This document shows positions 17,070-28,037 of a DNA stretch of 64,000 bases, one piece after another (position 1 is the first letter of the stretch; every line of letters begins with the position of its first letter). The DNA is from Microbacterium sp. (GTDB lineage Bacteria; Actinomycetota; Actinomycetes; Actinomycetales; Microbacteriaceae), in NCBI GenBank assembly GCA_031555515.1, contig JAVBUG010000158.1, positions 1,591 through 65,590 of the forward strand, given 5' to 3'. Under the pieces are notes generated by a model. The model did not search any database, had not been told where the DNA came from, and saw only the letters and a list, made by a program, of their open reading frames with translations. The position numbers were made by a program, and so were the translations under genes.

Positions 17070-20000
17070 ATGGGCGACGTCCTCGAACGGTTCGGTCCTG
17101 CCACGCAGGACTGGTTCCGCGGCGCCTTCCACGCGCCGACCGACGCGCAGAAGGGCGCATGGCAGGCGATCTCGGCCGGCAAGCATGCACTCGTCGTCGC
17201 GCCGACCGGTTCGGGCAAGACGCTGTCGGCGTTCCTCTGGGCGATCGACCGCGTCTTCCACGACAAGGCTGCGGCCTCGCCGGCTCCCGTCCCCGCATCG
17301 GGCCGGAAGAAGCGGACGGATGCTGCGCCGCCGGCGACCCGGATCCTCTACATCTCCCCTCTCAAGGCGCTCGGCGTCGATGTCGAGCGCAACCTCCGGT
17401 CGCCGCTCGTCGGGATCGGGCAGTCCGCCCGGCGCCTCGGCCTCAGCGTGCCCGATGTCACGGTCGGCGTCCGGTCCGGCGACACGCCCGCGGGCGACCG
17501 GCGCAAGCTCGTGCAGACGCCTCCCGACATCCTCATCACGACGCCCGAGTCGCTGTACCTCATGCTCACGAGCCGCGCGGGCGAGACGCTCCGCGACGTG
17601 CACACGGTGATCGTCGACGAGGTGCACGCGGTCGCGGCCACCAAGCGCGGGGCGCACCTGGCAGTGAGCATGGAGCGGCTCGATGCGCTGCGACGCTCGT
17701 TCGCGCCCGACGCTGCGCCGGCCCAGCGCATCGGCCTCTCGGCGACCGTGCGTCCGATCGACGAGGTGGCGCGGTTCCTCGGCGGCGCGGAGCCCGTCGA
17801 GATCGTTGCCCCGAAGGCGTCGAAGGCGTTCGACATGAAGGTCGTCGTCCCGATCGGCGACATGCTGAACCCGCCACCGCCGCCGAGCCCCTTCTCGTCC
17901 GACGGCGACGGCGACGGTGCCTGGACGGAGCCGGGCGCCGAGGCGATCGACGAGGACTGGTTCGCCGACGGACAGTCCTCGGGCTCGCGGCCGCGCGCCT
18001 CCGGAGCCGGCGAGACCGAGATGACCGGGTCGGTGTGGCCGCACGTCGAAGAGGCGATCGTCGACCGCATCCTGCTGCACCGGTCGACCATCGTGTTCTG
18101 CAATTCGCGGCGCCTGGCCGAGCGGCTCACCGGCCGGCTGAACGAGATCTACTCCGAGCGCCTCGGGCTCGACCTTCCCGACCAGACGGTGCCCGCGGCC
18201 ATGATGGCGCAGGCCGGCGCGACGGCCGGCGCCGACCCGGTGCTCGCGAAGGCGCACCATGGATCGGTCTCGAAGGAGCAGCGCGCGCAGGTCGAGGAGG
18301 AGCTGAAGTCCGGAGTCCTGCGCTGCGTCGTCGCGACGTCGAGCCTCGAGCTCGGCATCGACATGGGCGCGGTCGACCTGGTGATCCAGGTCGAGGCGCC
18401 GCCGAGCGCGGCTTCGGGACTCCAGCGCATCGGCCGCGCCGGTCACCAGGTCGGCGAGGTGAGCCGTGCCGCCCTGTTCCCGAAGCACCGCGGCGACGTG
18501 CTCCACACCGCGATCGTCACCGAGCGCATGCTCGCGGGGCAGATCGAGGCGATCGCGATCCCTCAGAACCCGCTCGACATCCTCGCCCAGCAGACGGTGG
18601 CCGCCGCCGCGATCGGTCCCGTCGACGTCGAAGGCTGGTACGAGACGCTCAAGCGCAGCGCGCCGTTCCGCTCCCTCCCGCGGTCGGCGTACGAGGCGAC
18701 GCTCGACCTCATCGCCGGCAGGTTCCCGTCCGACGAGTTCGCCGAGCTGCGTCCCCGGGTCGTCTGGGATCGCGACCTCGGTGTGCTGACCGGGCGCCCG
18801 GGCGCCCAGCACATCGCCGTGACGAGCGGCGGCACGATCCCCGACCGCGGGCTCTTCGGTGTCTTCATCGCCGGCGAATCCCAGAACGCACGGGTCGGCG
18901 AGCTCGACGAGGAGATGGTCTACGAGTCCCGCGTCAACGACGTCTTCACGCTGGGCACCACGAGCTGGCGCATCGTCGAGATCACCCACGACCGCGTGAA
19001 CGTGCTGCCCGCGTTCGGGCAGCCCGGCAAGGTGCCGTTCTGGCACGGCGACGGCATCGGGCGCCCCGCCGCGCTCGGCGAGGCGCGCGGCACGTTCTCG
19101 CGCGAGGTGTCGGCGGCGAAGCCCGACAAGGCCGGATCGCGGCTGCGCGAGGCGGGCCTCGACGAGTTCGCGCAAGACAACCTGCTGGCCTACCTCGCCG
19201 AGCAGCGCGAGGCCACCGGCACGCTGCCGACCGACCGCCAGCTCACTGTGGAGCGCGGCCGCGACGAGGTCGGCGACTGGCGCGTGATCCTGCACTCGCC
19301 TTACGGCATGCAGGTGCACGCGCCGTGGGCACTCGCGGTCAACGCGCGCATCCGCGAGCGGCTGGGCGTCGACGGATCGGCGGTGGCGAGCGACGACGGG
19401 ATCATCGCGCGGATTCCGGATGCTACGGCCGAGCCTCCGGGGGCAGACCTCTTCGTCTTCGATCCCGACGAGCTCGACCAGATCGTCACCGAAGAGGTGG
19501 GCGGCTCGGCACTGTTCGCCTCCCGGTTCCGCGAGTGCGCCGCGCGCGCGCTCCTGATGCCGCGGCGCAACCCGGGCAAGCGCACGCCGCTCTGGCAGCA
19601 GCGACAGCGATCGGCGCAGCTGCTCGAGGTCGCCCGGCGCTATCCGACCTTCCCCATCATCCTCGAGACGCTCCGCGAGGTCCTGCAGGACGTCTACGAC
19701 GTGCCGTCCCTGCTGCGGCTGATGCGCGGGATCGGCGAACGGCGCATCCGGCTCATCGAGACCGAGCCCGCCCAGCCCTCGCCGTTCGCGCGCGACCTCC
19801 TGTTCGGCTACGTCGGCGCGTTCATGTACGAGGGCGATTCGCCGCTGGCCGAGCGCCGCGCCGCGGCCCTCTCGGTCGACCCCGCGCTGCTGTCGGAGCT
19901 CCTCGGCAAGGTCGAGATGCGCGAGCTCCTCGACCCCGACGTCATCGCCCAGTTCGAGCGCGAGGCGCAGCGCCTCGACCCCGAGCGTCGCGCCCGCGGT

Positions 20001-21884
20001 CTCGAGGGCGTCGCAGACCTGCTTCGCCTCCTCGGCCCGCTCGATGCGGCCGAGGTCGCCGCCCGCCTCGAATCCGCCGTCGAGGCGAACGGTGCCGGTG
20101 CTCCGAACGCGACCGAGGCCGAGGCATCCGCTCTCCTCGCTGCCCTTGTCTCGGCGCGCCGCGCGATCTCGGTGACCATCGCCGGCATCACGCGCATCGC
20201 CGCGATCGAAGACGCGGGGCGACTGCGCGATGCACTCGGCGCGCCTCTGCCGGTGGGCATCCCGACCGCGTTCCTCGAACCCGTCGCCGACCCGCTCGGC
20301 GATCTCGTGGCGCGGTACGCGCGCACGCATGGGCCCTTCACGGCGGATGCTGCGGCCGACCGCCTGGGCGTCGGTGTGGCGGTCGCGCGACTCACGCTGC
20401 AGCGACTCGAGTCGCAGGGACGCGTCACGAGCGGCTTCTTCCTTCCCGAGTCGTCGGCGACGGCGCGCCCGGACGACGCGGAGTGGTGCGACACCGAGGT
20501 GCTCCGCCGCCTTCGCATGCGCTCGCTCGCGGCGATCCGCGGCAGCGTCGAGCCCGTGCCGCAGCACGCGTACGCGCGGTTCCTCCCGGTGTGGCAGCAC
20601 GTGACGCGGCCGCTCGAGGGGATCGACGGAGTCGCCGCGGTCGTCGAGCAGCTCGCGGGCGTGCCCATCCCCGCCAGCGCGTGGGAGTCGCTCGTGCTCC
20701 CGGCCCGCGTCGCGGACTACACCTCCGGCATGCTCGACGAGCTCACGGCCACCGGCGAAGTGGTGTGGTCGGGTCACGGCAGCCTTCCCGGCCGCGATGG
20801 CTGGATCGCCCTGCATCCGGCCGATGCCGTGCCGCTCACGCTGGCGCTCCCCGACGAGGCAGAGGAGGTCGCCCCCGGATCGCTCGACGCGCAGCTGCTT
20901 GCCGCTCTCGCCGGCGGCGGAGCGTACTTCGCCGCACAGCTGCGGCAGTCCACCGGCGCCGAGAACGAGCAGTCCGTCGTCGATGCGCTGTGGCGGCTGA
21001 CGTGGGCGGGCCTCGTGACGAACGACACCTTCGCGCCGGTCCGCGCCCTCATCTCCGGCGGTTCACAGGCGCACCGCGTGAGCCGCCGCACACCACGGGC
21101 GCGGCTCTACCGTGGCGCCGCGGTGCGGACGGTGGCAGCATCAGTTCCCGCTCGTCCACCGGCGATCGGCGGCCGGTGGTCGTTGCTGCCCGCCGCCGAG
21201 CCCGATGCCGCCCTGCGGGCGACCGCGACGGCGAGCCTGCTGCTCGACCGCTACGGCGTGGTCACGCGCGGGGCGGTGCAGTCGGAGGGCGTTCCGGGCG
21301 GATTCGCCCAGACGTACCGGGTGCTCGCCGGCTTCGAAGAGGCCGGTCACTGCCGGCGCGGCTACGTGATCGAGAAGCTCGGGGCCGCGCAGTTCGCGGC
21401 GTCGGCCACCGTCGACCGGCTGCGCGAGTTCGCCGGGCTCTCCGATCCGCCGCCGCTGCGGGCGGTCACGCTGGCGGCGACCGATCCCGCGAACCCCTAT
21501 GGCGCCGCGCTCGCGTGGCCGGCGCTCGAGGGCGTCTCGCACCGCCCGGGTCGCAAGGCGGGCGCGCTCGTCGTGCTGGTCGACGGCGCGCTCACCCTGT
21601 ACCTCGAGCGCGGCGGCAAATCCGCGCTCGCCTTCACCGGCGACGAATCGGCCCTCGCCGCCGCCACCCGCGACCTCGCGGCCACCGCGCGCGCCCGGCG
21701 CCTCGACACCCTCACGATCGAGCAGGTGAACGGCGCCTTCGTCTACGGCACGGACGTGGGCAAGACGCTTCGCGGTGCCGGCTTCGTCGAGTCCCCGCGG
21801 GGGCTCACGCTGCGCCGGCTCACGGCGGGCGACGCGCTTCGACAGGCTCAGGGACCGGAGGACAGGGCGGGCGCCCGTGCCTGA
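17070..21884 (+). CDS. lhr: Lhr family ATP-dependent helicase (long form)
   Basis: APTGSGKT, YISPLKAL, DEVH, LSAT, HHGSVS, LELGID, QRIGRAGH; C-terminal LLDRYGVVTR region. Confidence 0.93.
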   Translation: MGDVLERFGPATQDWFRGAFHAPTDAQKGAWQAISAGKHALVVAPTGSGKTLSAFLWAIDRVFHDKAAASPAPVPASGRKKRTDAAPPATRILYISPLKALGVDVERNLRSPLVGIGQSARRLGLSVPDVTVGVRSGDTPAGDRRKLVQTPPDILITTPESLYLMLTSRAGETLRDVHTVIVDEVHAVAATKRGAHLAVSMERLDALRRSFAPDAAPAQRIGLSATVRPIDEVARFLGGAEPVEIVAPKASKAFDMKVVVPIGDMLNPPPPPSPFSSDGDGDGAWTEPGAEAIDEDWFADGQSSGSRPRASGAGETEMTGSVWPHVEEAIVDRILLHRSTIVFCNSRRLAERLTGRLNEIYSERLGLDLPDQTVPAAMMAQAGATAGADPVLAKAHHGSVSKEQRAQVEEELKSGVLRCVVATSSLELGIDMGAVDLVIQVEAPPSAASGLQRIGRAGHQVGEVSRAALFPKHRGDVLHTAIVTERMLAGQIEAIAIPQNPLDILAQQTVAAAAIGPVDVEGWYETLKRSAPFRSLPRSAYEATLDLIAGRFPSDEFAELRPRVVWDRDLGVLTGRPGAQHIAVTSGGTIPDRGLFGVFIAGESQNARVGELDEEMVYESRVNDVFTLGTTSWRIVEITHDRVNVLPAFGQPGKVPFWHGDGIGRPAALGEARGTFSREVSAAKPDKAGSRLREAGLDEFAQDNLLAYLAEQREATGTLPTDRQLTVERGRDEVGDWRVILHSPYGMQVHAPWALAVNARIRERLGVDGSAVASDDGIIARIPDATAEPPGADLFVFDPDELDQIVTEEVGGSALFASRFRECAARALLMPRRNPGKRTPLWQQRQRSAQLLEVARRYPTFPIILETLREVLQDVYDVPSLLRLMRGIGERRIRLIETEPAQPSPFARDLLFGYVGAFMYEGDSPLAERRAAALSVDPALLSELLGKVEMRELLDPDVIAQFEREAQRLDPERRARGLEGVADLLRLLGPLDAAEVAARLESAVEANGAGAPNATEAEASALLAALVSARRAISVTIAGITRIAAIEDAGRLRDALGAPLPVGIPTAFLEPVADPLGDLVARYARTHGPFTADAAADRLGVGVAVARLTLQRLESQGRVTSGFFLPESSATARPDDAEWCDTEVLRRLRMRSLAAIRGSVEPVPQHAYARFLPVWQHVTRPLEGIDGVAAVVEQLAGVPIPASAWESLVLPARVADYTSGMLDELTATGEVVWSGHGSLPGRDGWIALHPADAVPLTLALPDEAEEVAPGSLDAQLLAALAGGGAYFAAQLRQSTGAENEQSVVDALWRLTWAGLVTNDTFAPVRALISGGSQAHRVSRRTPRARLYRGAAVRTVAASVPARPPAIGGRWSLLPAAEPDAALRATATASLLLDRYGVVTRGAVQSEGVPGGFAQTYRVLAGFEEAGHCRRGYVIEKLGAAQFAASATVDRLREFAGLSDPPPLRAVTLAATDPANPYGAALAWPALEGVSHRPGRKAGALVVLVDGALTLYLERGGKSALAFTGDESALAAATRDLAATARARRLDTLTIEQVNGAFVYGTDVGKTLRGAGFVESPRGLTLRRLTAGDALRQAQGPEDRAGARA

Positions 21885-22665
21885 GGGCGACACCGTCTTC
21901 CAGGCAGCGAGACGACTGAACACGGCACTGGCCGGCGCGACAGTGACGCGGTTCGAGCTGCGGGTCCCCCAGGCGGCGACGGTCGACCTGACCGGCGAGG
22001 TCGTGCACGGCGTCGTCTCACGCGGCAAGCATCTCCTCCATCGCATCGGCCCGTGGACGCTCCACACGCACCTCAAGATGGAGGGCGAGTGGCACGTCTA
22101 CCGACGCGGCGAGCGCTGGCGTGCACCCGGGTTCCGTGCGCGGGCCGTCATCGGCGCGACGGCTCCCGACGGAGCCGAGTGGGAGACCGTCGGCTTCGAT
22201 CTCGCCGACATCAAGGTCGTGCCGACGATCGCAGAGGACGAGCTCGTGGGGTACCTCGGCCCCGATCCGCTCTCCGACACCTGGGATCCGGCCGCGGCCG
22301 CCCAGAACCTCGCGGCCGATACCCGCGCCGTGCATGTCGCCCTGCAGGACCAGCGCAATGTCGCCGGCTTCGGCAACGAGTACGTCAACGAGATCCTCTT
22401 CGTGCGCGGGGTCCTGCCGACGACGCCGGCCGACGAGACGGATGCCGCGGCGATGATCGATCTCGGATCCCGCATGATCCGCGCCAACCGCGACCGCGTC
22501 GACCGCACGTTCACCGGCGACGCGCGCCCGGGCCGGACGACGTGGGTCTACCGTCGCGAGGGCCGTCCGTGCCGCCGCTGCGGCACGCTGATCCGTGGCG
22601 GAAGCCTCGGCGCCGATCCGACGCGCGAGCGCATCGTCTTCTGGTGCCCGACGTGCCAGCGCTGA
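21877..22665 (+). CDS. nei: Fpg/Nei family DNA glycosylase
   Basis: PEGDTV N-terminus, RGKHLL, HLKMEG, DQRNVAGFGN, C-terminal zinc finger. Confidence 0.92.
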   Translation: MPEGDTVFQAARRLNTALAGATVTRFELRVPQAATVDLTGEVVHGVVSRGKHLLHRIGPWTLHTHLKMEGEWHVYRRGERWRAPGFRARAVIGATAPDGAEWETVGFDLADIKVVPTIAEDELVGYLGPDPLSDTWDPAAAAQNLAADTRAVHVALQDQRNVAGFGNEYVNEILFVRGVLPTTPADETDAAAMIDLGSRMIRANRDRVDRTFTGDARPGRTTWVYRREGRPCRRCGTLIRGGSLGADPTRERIVFWCPTCQR

Positions 22666-22972
22666 GCCTCGATTCCAGGCAGCCCGAACCCCGGTTCCAG
22701 CACGCTTTGATCACGATGCCCGGCGGACGATCCGTCGCGCCGGGGCGAGGCATCCGTTCCTCCGAGTCGGACAGGCGCCGAAACGTCGCGGTTTCCTGAC
22801 CGTTACACAACCCCGGACGATCTGTCCCGCCGGGCCGGGCCACCGCCCCGGATCGTCCGGTTCGGATTCGGCCGCGTTGCGGGCATCTGCGTCGCCATAT
22901 TGAATACCTCCACACCCGATCGGTCGTGCAGCGTTGCGCGGCCCGGACCAGAAGGACCCTCACGAGGTGACG

Positions 22973-24160
22973 ATGTCCACAGGCACGGCGACCGCAGCGC
23001 AGGCTTCGGCGGAGCAGGTTCCCATCGACGGTGACGGTGCGCGCGGGGCGGTCGTCCTGTCGGGCGTCACGAAGTACTACGGCGAGCAGCTCGCCGTCGA
23101 CGACCTGTCGCTCGGGATCCAGCCCGGCGAGTTCATCTCGCTGCTCGGCCCGTCAGGCTGCGGAAAGACGACCACGCTGCGGATGATCGCGGGATTCGAA
23201 CAGCCGGATGCCGGTGACATCCGCATCTCCGGACGCTCGGTGCTCGCCGCGCCGCCGTACAAGCGCGACGTCAACACGGTCTTCCAGGCCTACGCGCTGT
23301 TCCCGCATCTGTCGGTGGCCGAGAACGTGGCGTACGGCCTTCAGCAGCGGCGCACCCCGAAGTCCGAGGTGCGCGAGCGGGTCACGCAGGCGCTCGACAT
23401 GGTGCAGATGCGCAGGTTCGGCGACCGCAAGCCGACCCAGCTGTCGGGTGGACAGCAGCAGCGCATCGCGCTGGCCCGCGCGCTCGTGAACCGCCCCGCG
23501 GTGCTGCTCCTCGACGAGCCGCTCGGTGCGCTCGACCGCCAGCTGCGCGAGGAGATGCAGCTCGAGCTCAAGCTGCTCCAGTCCCGCCTGGGCATCACCT
23601 TCGTCTTCGTCACGCACGACCAGGGCGAAGCGCTGTCGATGAGCGACCGCATCGCGATCATGCGCGCCGGACGCATCGAGCAGCTCGCCGACGCCGACAC
23701 GGTGTACGCCCGGCCCGCCTCGGCGTACGTCGCCGCGTTCGTCGGGCAGCAGAACTTCTTCCGTGGCCCGGCCGCCGAGGCCGGGGCCGCCATCACCTCG
23801 CCGCATGCGCTGGTGCGCGCCGCATCCCCGGTGCTCACCAGCACCAACCTCGGCGAAGCCGCGGTGCGGCCTGAGTTCATCCTCATCGAGAAGGACACGG
23901 CGACGGGCGCAGGCGCCGCGGCGAACACCGCTCGCGGCGAGCTGATCGGCGTCTCCCATCTGGGCGACACGATGCAGTACCTGGTGCGCCTCGGCGCCGA
24001 CCAGAGCCTCATCGTGCGGCGGCCGACACCCGACGCACCCGCCCTCGCCGTCGGCGACGCCGTCGTGTGCACGTGGGCAGCGCACCATGTGCTCCTGTTC
24101 CCCGCCGCCGACGACGATGCCGCCCAACAGGGCGGCTACATCGCGCCCCCGACCGCCTGA
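22973..24160 (+). CDS. potA: Polyamine ABC transporter ATP-binding protein
   Basis: GPSGCGKTT, VNTVFQAYALFPHL, LSGGQQQR, TOBE-like tail. Confidence 0.85.
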   Translation: MSTGTATAAQASAEQVPIDGDGARGAVVLSGVTKYYGEQLAVDDLSLGIQPGEFISLLGPSGCGKTTTLRMIAGFEQPDAGDIRISGRSVLAAPPYKRDVNTVFQAYALFPHLSVAENVAYGLQQRRTPKSEVRERVTQALDMVQMRRFGDRKPTQLSGGQQQRIALARALVNRPAVLLLDEPLGALDRQLREEMQLELKLLQSRLGITFVFVTHDQGEALSMSDRIAIMRAGRIEQLADADTVYARPASAYVAAFVGQQNFFRGPAAEAGAAITSPHALVRAASPVLTSTNLGEAAVRPEFILIEKDTATGAGAAANTARGELIGVSHLGDTMQYLVRLGADQSLIVRRPTPDAPALAVGDAVVCTWAAHHVLLFPAADDDAAQQGGYIAPPTA

Positions 24161-24291
24161 CCTGTATCGCCGATCCGCCCCGTCCTCCGCACAGCTACGC
24201 CACGCACCGCCGCACGACCCGCACGCCCGACGCACGCCCGCAGCCGCAGCATCCGCCGATCACGGCTCCCGACCCGACCCAGGAGTACCCG

Positions 24292-25476
24292 ATGACCCAG
24301 CCTCGTACCCCGCTTCGCATCCTCGCTCCCGAGGGCGTCGCGCCCGCGATCGCACGCGAGCTGTCGCGGCGCCGCTTCCTGAGCCTGGCGGCCCTCGCCG
24401 GCGGCGCGACGGTGCTCGCCGCCTGTACGCCGGGCGGGAGCGGGGCGCCGGCGCCGCAGGCGACGGGTGGCTCGCTGGAGGACAGCCTTTCGGTGTACAC
24501 GTGGGCCGAGTACGACGCACCCGAGGTGGTCGAGGCGTTCAGTGCGGAACTCGGGCCCAAGGTCACGCTCGACTCGTACGGATCCAACGAGGAGCTCATC
24601 GCCAAGCTCGTCGCAGCGAAGGGCACATCGGGCTACGACATCGTCGTGCCCACGGGCGTCTTCATCCCTCAGATGATCGAGCAGGGGCTGCTGCAGAAGC
24701 TCAACAAGGAACTGCTCCCGAACCTCTCGAACATGGACCCGGCGTTCCTCGGCCGCGCGTGGGATCCGGGCAACGACTACTCGATCTGCAAGGCGTGGGG
24801 GACGACGGGCTACGTCTACGACAAGACGGTGATCACCCGCGAGCTGACCACGTGGGCCGACTACTTCGATGCCGCGCAGAACGAGGCGAGCGGCACGACC
24901 GCGATGTCCGACGACCCCGCCGGGGTCGTCGGGTCGTACTTCTGGGCCAATGACCTGGACTGGAACACCGACGACCCCGACGAGCTCGACGCCGCGCGCG
25001 CCTTCCTCGTCGAGAGCGTCGCCCCGCACGTCGCGGCGTTCGACTCCGCCGCCGGCGCCAACACGATCCCGCAGGGCACGCATGCGCTGCTCATGGCCTG
25101 GAACGGCGACGCTCGCCTCGGCATGCAGGAGTCGTCCGACCCCGACCGCTGGCAGTGGGTGCTGCCCGGTCCGCAGACCGAGCTCTGGATGGACAACTGG
25201 GCGATCGCGACCGGTGCGGCCCACCCCGAGGCGGCTCACGCCTTCATCAACTTCGCGATGGCACCCGAGAACCAGATGCTGAACCTCGAGTGGGTCGGCT
25301 ACAACGTCGGCGGCAAAGACATGCAGGGTGCGGCCGAGGAAGCCGAGGTCGAGCGCCTCGACATGATCTTCTTCACGCCCGAGCAGCTCGAGAGCATGCA
25401 CGAACAGGTGCTCAACGAGTCGCTGAGCACCCGCGTGGAGATCTACAACGAGGTGAAGGCTGCCGCCGGTGCGTGA
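24292..25476 (+). CDS. potD: Spermidine/putrescine ABC substrate-binding lipoprotein (Tat)
   Basis: LSRRRFLSL twin-Arg signal, LAAC lipobox, YTWAEY, SNEEL, WGTTG, WMDNWAI. Confidence 0.85.
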   Translation: MTQPRTPLRILAPEGVAPAIARELSRRRFLSLAALAGGATVLAACTPGGSGAPAPQATGGSLEDSLSVYTWAEYDAPEVVEAFSAELGPKVTLDSYGSNEELIAKLVAAKGTSGYDIVVPTGVFIPQMIEQGLLQKLNKELLPNLSNMDPAFLGRAWDPGNDYSICKAWGTTGYVYDKTVITRELTTWADYFDAAQNEASGTTAMSDDPAGVVGSYFWANDLDWNTDDPDELDAARAFLVESVAPHVAAFDSAAGANTIPQGTHALLMAWNGDARLGMQESSDPDRWQWVLPGPQTELWMDNWAIATGAAHPEAAHAFINFAMAPENQMLNLEWVGYNVGGKDMQGAAEEAEVERLDMIFFTPEQLESMHEQVLNESLSTRVEIYNEVKAAAGA

Positions 25477-26419
25477 TCGCGCCACCGGCGCGGTGGGGCC
25501 CGCGCTCGCGGTACCCGCCTGGGCGTGGCTGCTCGTCTTCTTCGTGGCGCCGGTCGCGATGGTCGTGTGGTTCAGCTTCGGCTACAAGCCCGGGGTGTTC
25601 GGCACCCACGCGAACGACATCCTCTCGTTCGACCGATACGTCGAGGCCATCTCGCCGACGTTCCTGGCGACGTTCACGAACACGCTGTGGGTGGGGATCA
25701 TCGGCACGGTGCTCTGCTTCGCGATCGGGGCCCCGGTGGCGTACTGGATGGCCTTCAAGGTGAAGCCTCAGCGCCGCGGCATCCTGATCGCCCTCGTCCT
25801 CGTGCCGTTCTGGACCAACTTCCTCGTCCGGACCATCGGCTGGCAGGTGATCCTCGCCCCTGAGGGGTGGCTCTCGACACTGCTGCAGGGCATCGGCGTC
25901 CTCGACGGCCCGCTCGAGATCCTGTACACGCGCGCCGCGGTGATCATCGGCGTGGTCTACAACTACCTGCCGCTGATGATCCTGCCGCTGTTCGTGGCAT
26001 TCGACCGAGTGGGTCCGGCGCTGCGCGAGGCCTCGAAAGACCTCGGCGCAGGCAAGATCGTGACCTTCTTCCGCGTCACCCTCCCGCTGTCGCAGCCCGG
26101 CATCATCGCCGGAGTGCTCCTGGTGTTCATCCCCCTGATGGGCGACTACATCACCGCCACGGTGCTGGGCGGCGCGAAGGGCAACATGGTGGGTCAGCTC
26201 GTCGCAGGACAGTTCCAGACCGCCCAGAACTGGGCTCTCGGATCGGCGATGGCGGTGCTGCTGATGCTCCTGATCATGGTCGCGATCGGACTGTGCGCCG
26301 TGATCATCTGGCTCGTCGCGCTGCCGTTCCGCACGCGCAACCGGCTGGTCCTCGGGTCGGTTCCCGAGAGCGCGAGAACGGATGCTGCGCCCGCAGCGGC
26401 GCTGGAGGTGACGACGTGA
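25469..26419 (+). CDS. potB: Polyamine ABC permease
   Basis: PFWTNFLVRT, YNYLPLMILPL, EASKDLGA. Confidence 0.85.
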   Translation: MRDRATGAVGPALAVPAWAWLLVFFVAPVAMVVWFSFGYKPGVFGTHANDILSFDRYVEAISPTFLATFTNTLWVGIIGTVLCFAIGAPVAYWMAFKVKPQRRGILIALVLVPFWTNFLVRTIGWQVILAPEGWLSTLLQGIGVLDGPLEILYTRAAVIIGVVYNYLPLMILPLFVAFDRVGPALREASKDLGAGKIVTFFRVTLPLSQPGIIAGVLLVFIPLMGDYITATVLGGAKGNMVGQLVAGQFQTAQNWALGSAMAVLLMLLIMVAIGLCAVIIWLVALPFRTRNRLVLGSVPESARTDAAPAAALEVTT

Positions 26420-27339
26420 CCACGCAGACCGAGACAGAGACCATCCTGCAGGCAGAGGCGCGTGAGGCCCGCCCGGGCGGCGCCGCGCCCCGTCGTCGCC
26501 CGCGCAGGTCGGGATCGGACATCGCCTTCGGCGTGTGGGGCGCGCTCGTCATGCTCTTCCTGTTCCTGCCGATCATCGTGATCGTCGTCCACTCGTTCAA
26601 CACGGGCCGCCTGCTGGCGGTGTGGGACGGGTTCGGGTTCGACGCGTTCCTGTCGATCCTGACCAAGCCGGCGATCCAGAATGCGGTCCGGGTATCGCTG
26701 CTCACCGCGCTCATCGCCGCGATCATCGCGACGGTGCTCGGCACCCTCGCCGGCATCGCCATGGCACGGCATCCCGGCAAATGGGTGTGGTGGTTCCTGG
26801 GGCTCCTGCTCCTGGTGTCGGTGACTCCCGAGATCGTCGACGCGGTGGCGCTGCTGCCGTTCATGGTGTTCCTCGGGCAAGACCTCGGCATGACGATGTT
26901 CAACGACGGCATCGTGCGCCTGTCGGTGGGCTCGTCGCTGTTCGCGACCGCGGTGGTGTCATACATCGTGCGGGCACGGCTGGTGGGTCAGGACGCGCAG
27001 CTGGAGGAGGCGTCCGCCGACCTCTACGCCAAGCCGTTCACCACGTTCCGCCGGGTCACGCTGGCCCTCGCGATGCCGGCGGTGCTCGCCGGCTTCCTGC
27101 TGGCGTTCACGCTCAGTCTCGACAACACGATCGTGGCGGCGTTCGTGCAGGTGTCGGGGACGACGCCGTGGCCGGTATACGTGCTGAGCGCGCTGCGCAC
27201 CGGCCTGCGTCCCGAGATCGCGGCGGTGTCGACGATCATGCTGCTGCTGACCCTCGTCGCCCTCGCCCTGGTCGCGCTCGTGCTCAAGCGTGCGGGCGAC
27301 TCCGCGACGCAGATCGCCCGCACGATGACGGGCGGCTGA
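26416..27339 (+). CDS. potC: Polyamine ABC permease
   Basis: LFLFLPII..HSFN, LEEASADL, AFTLSLD. Confidence 0.85.
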   Translation: MTTQTETETILQAEAREARPGGAAPRRRPRRSGSDIAFGVWGALVMLFLFLPIIVIVVHSFNTGRLLAVWDGFGFDAFLSILTKPAIQNAVRVSLLTALIAAIIATVLGTLAGIAMARHPGKWVWWFLGLLLLVSVTPEIVDAVALLPFMVFLGQDLGMTMFNDGIVRLSVGSSLFATAVVSYIVRARLVGQDAQLEEASADLYAKPFTTFRRVTLALAMPAVLAGFLLAFTLSLDNTIVAAFVQVSGTTPWPVYVLSALRTGLRPEIAAVSTIMLLLTLVALALVALVLKRAGDSATQIARTMTGG

Positions 27340-27367
27340 TCCGGTTGCGCGACCCTATGCTGTTCCG

Positions 27368-27925
27368 GTGACCCGACTCCTGCTCCTCATCGACATCCAG
27401 CGCGACTACTTCCCGGGAGGGCGGCATCCGCTCGTCGACCCGGACGCCGCCGCCGATGCCGCGGCGCGTCTGCTCGCCGGGTTCCGCGCGTCGGGTGAGC
27501 GGGTCGTCCACGTCCAGCACGTGTGGGACGCTCCGGATGCTGCGTTCTTCGCCCCCGGAACCCCCGGAGTCGAGTTCGATCCGCGCGTCGCGCCGGACGG
27601 CGAGGAGCACGTCATCGTCAAGCACGAGCCCAACGCGTTCCTGGGGACGGGGCTCGAGTCGCTGCTGCGCGCGGCGGACGCCGACGAGATCGTCGTCGCA
27701 GGCATGATGTCGAGCATGTGCGTGGACGCCACTGTGCGTGCGGCGTCCGATCTCGGCTTCACCATCGCCGTCGCGCAGGACGCGTGCGCCGCACCCGACC
27801 TCGCCTACGACGGCCGCACGGTGCCGGGCGCCCAGGTGCACCTCGCCTTCATGGCGGCGCTCGACGGCACGTATGCCCGGGTCGCCGACGTCGATGCGCT
27901 CGTGGGGGAGCTCGTCGCCGGCTGA
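27368..27925 (+). CDS. Isochorismatase-family cysteine hydrolase
   Basis: LLLIDIQRDY, KHEPNAF, GMMSSMCVDAT. Confidence 0.9.
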   Translation: MTRLLLLIDIQRDYFPGGRHPLVDPDAAADAAARLLAGFRASGERVVHVQHVWDAPDAAFFAPGTPGVEFDPRVAPDGEEHVIVKHEPNAFLGTGLESLLRAADADEIVVAGMMSSMCVDATVRAASDLGFTIAVAQDACAAPDLAYDGRTVPGAQVHLAFMAALDGTYARVADVDALVGELVAG

Positions 27926-28037
27926 GTCCGCGACAACCTGTCCGACCCGCCGGACAACTTCCGACACGCACGCCCTGCATCGACCCGGCCGACGGGTGAG
28001 GATGGGAGCACCACACACCGCATCGGAGTTGATAACC

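Noticed and set aside
8907-21919. Very long alternative ORFs (8907-12572 +, most of 16473-20816 -, 17159-21919 +) and similar ones elsewhere
   Set aside because: Shadow or antisense frames of real genes in high-GC DNA; R/A/G-rich with no recognisable motifs
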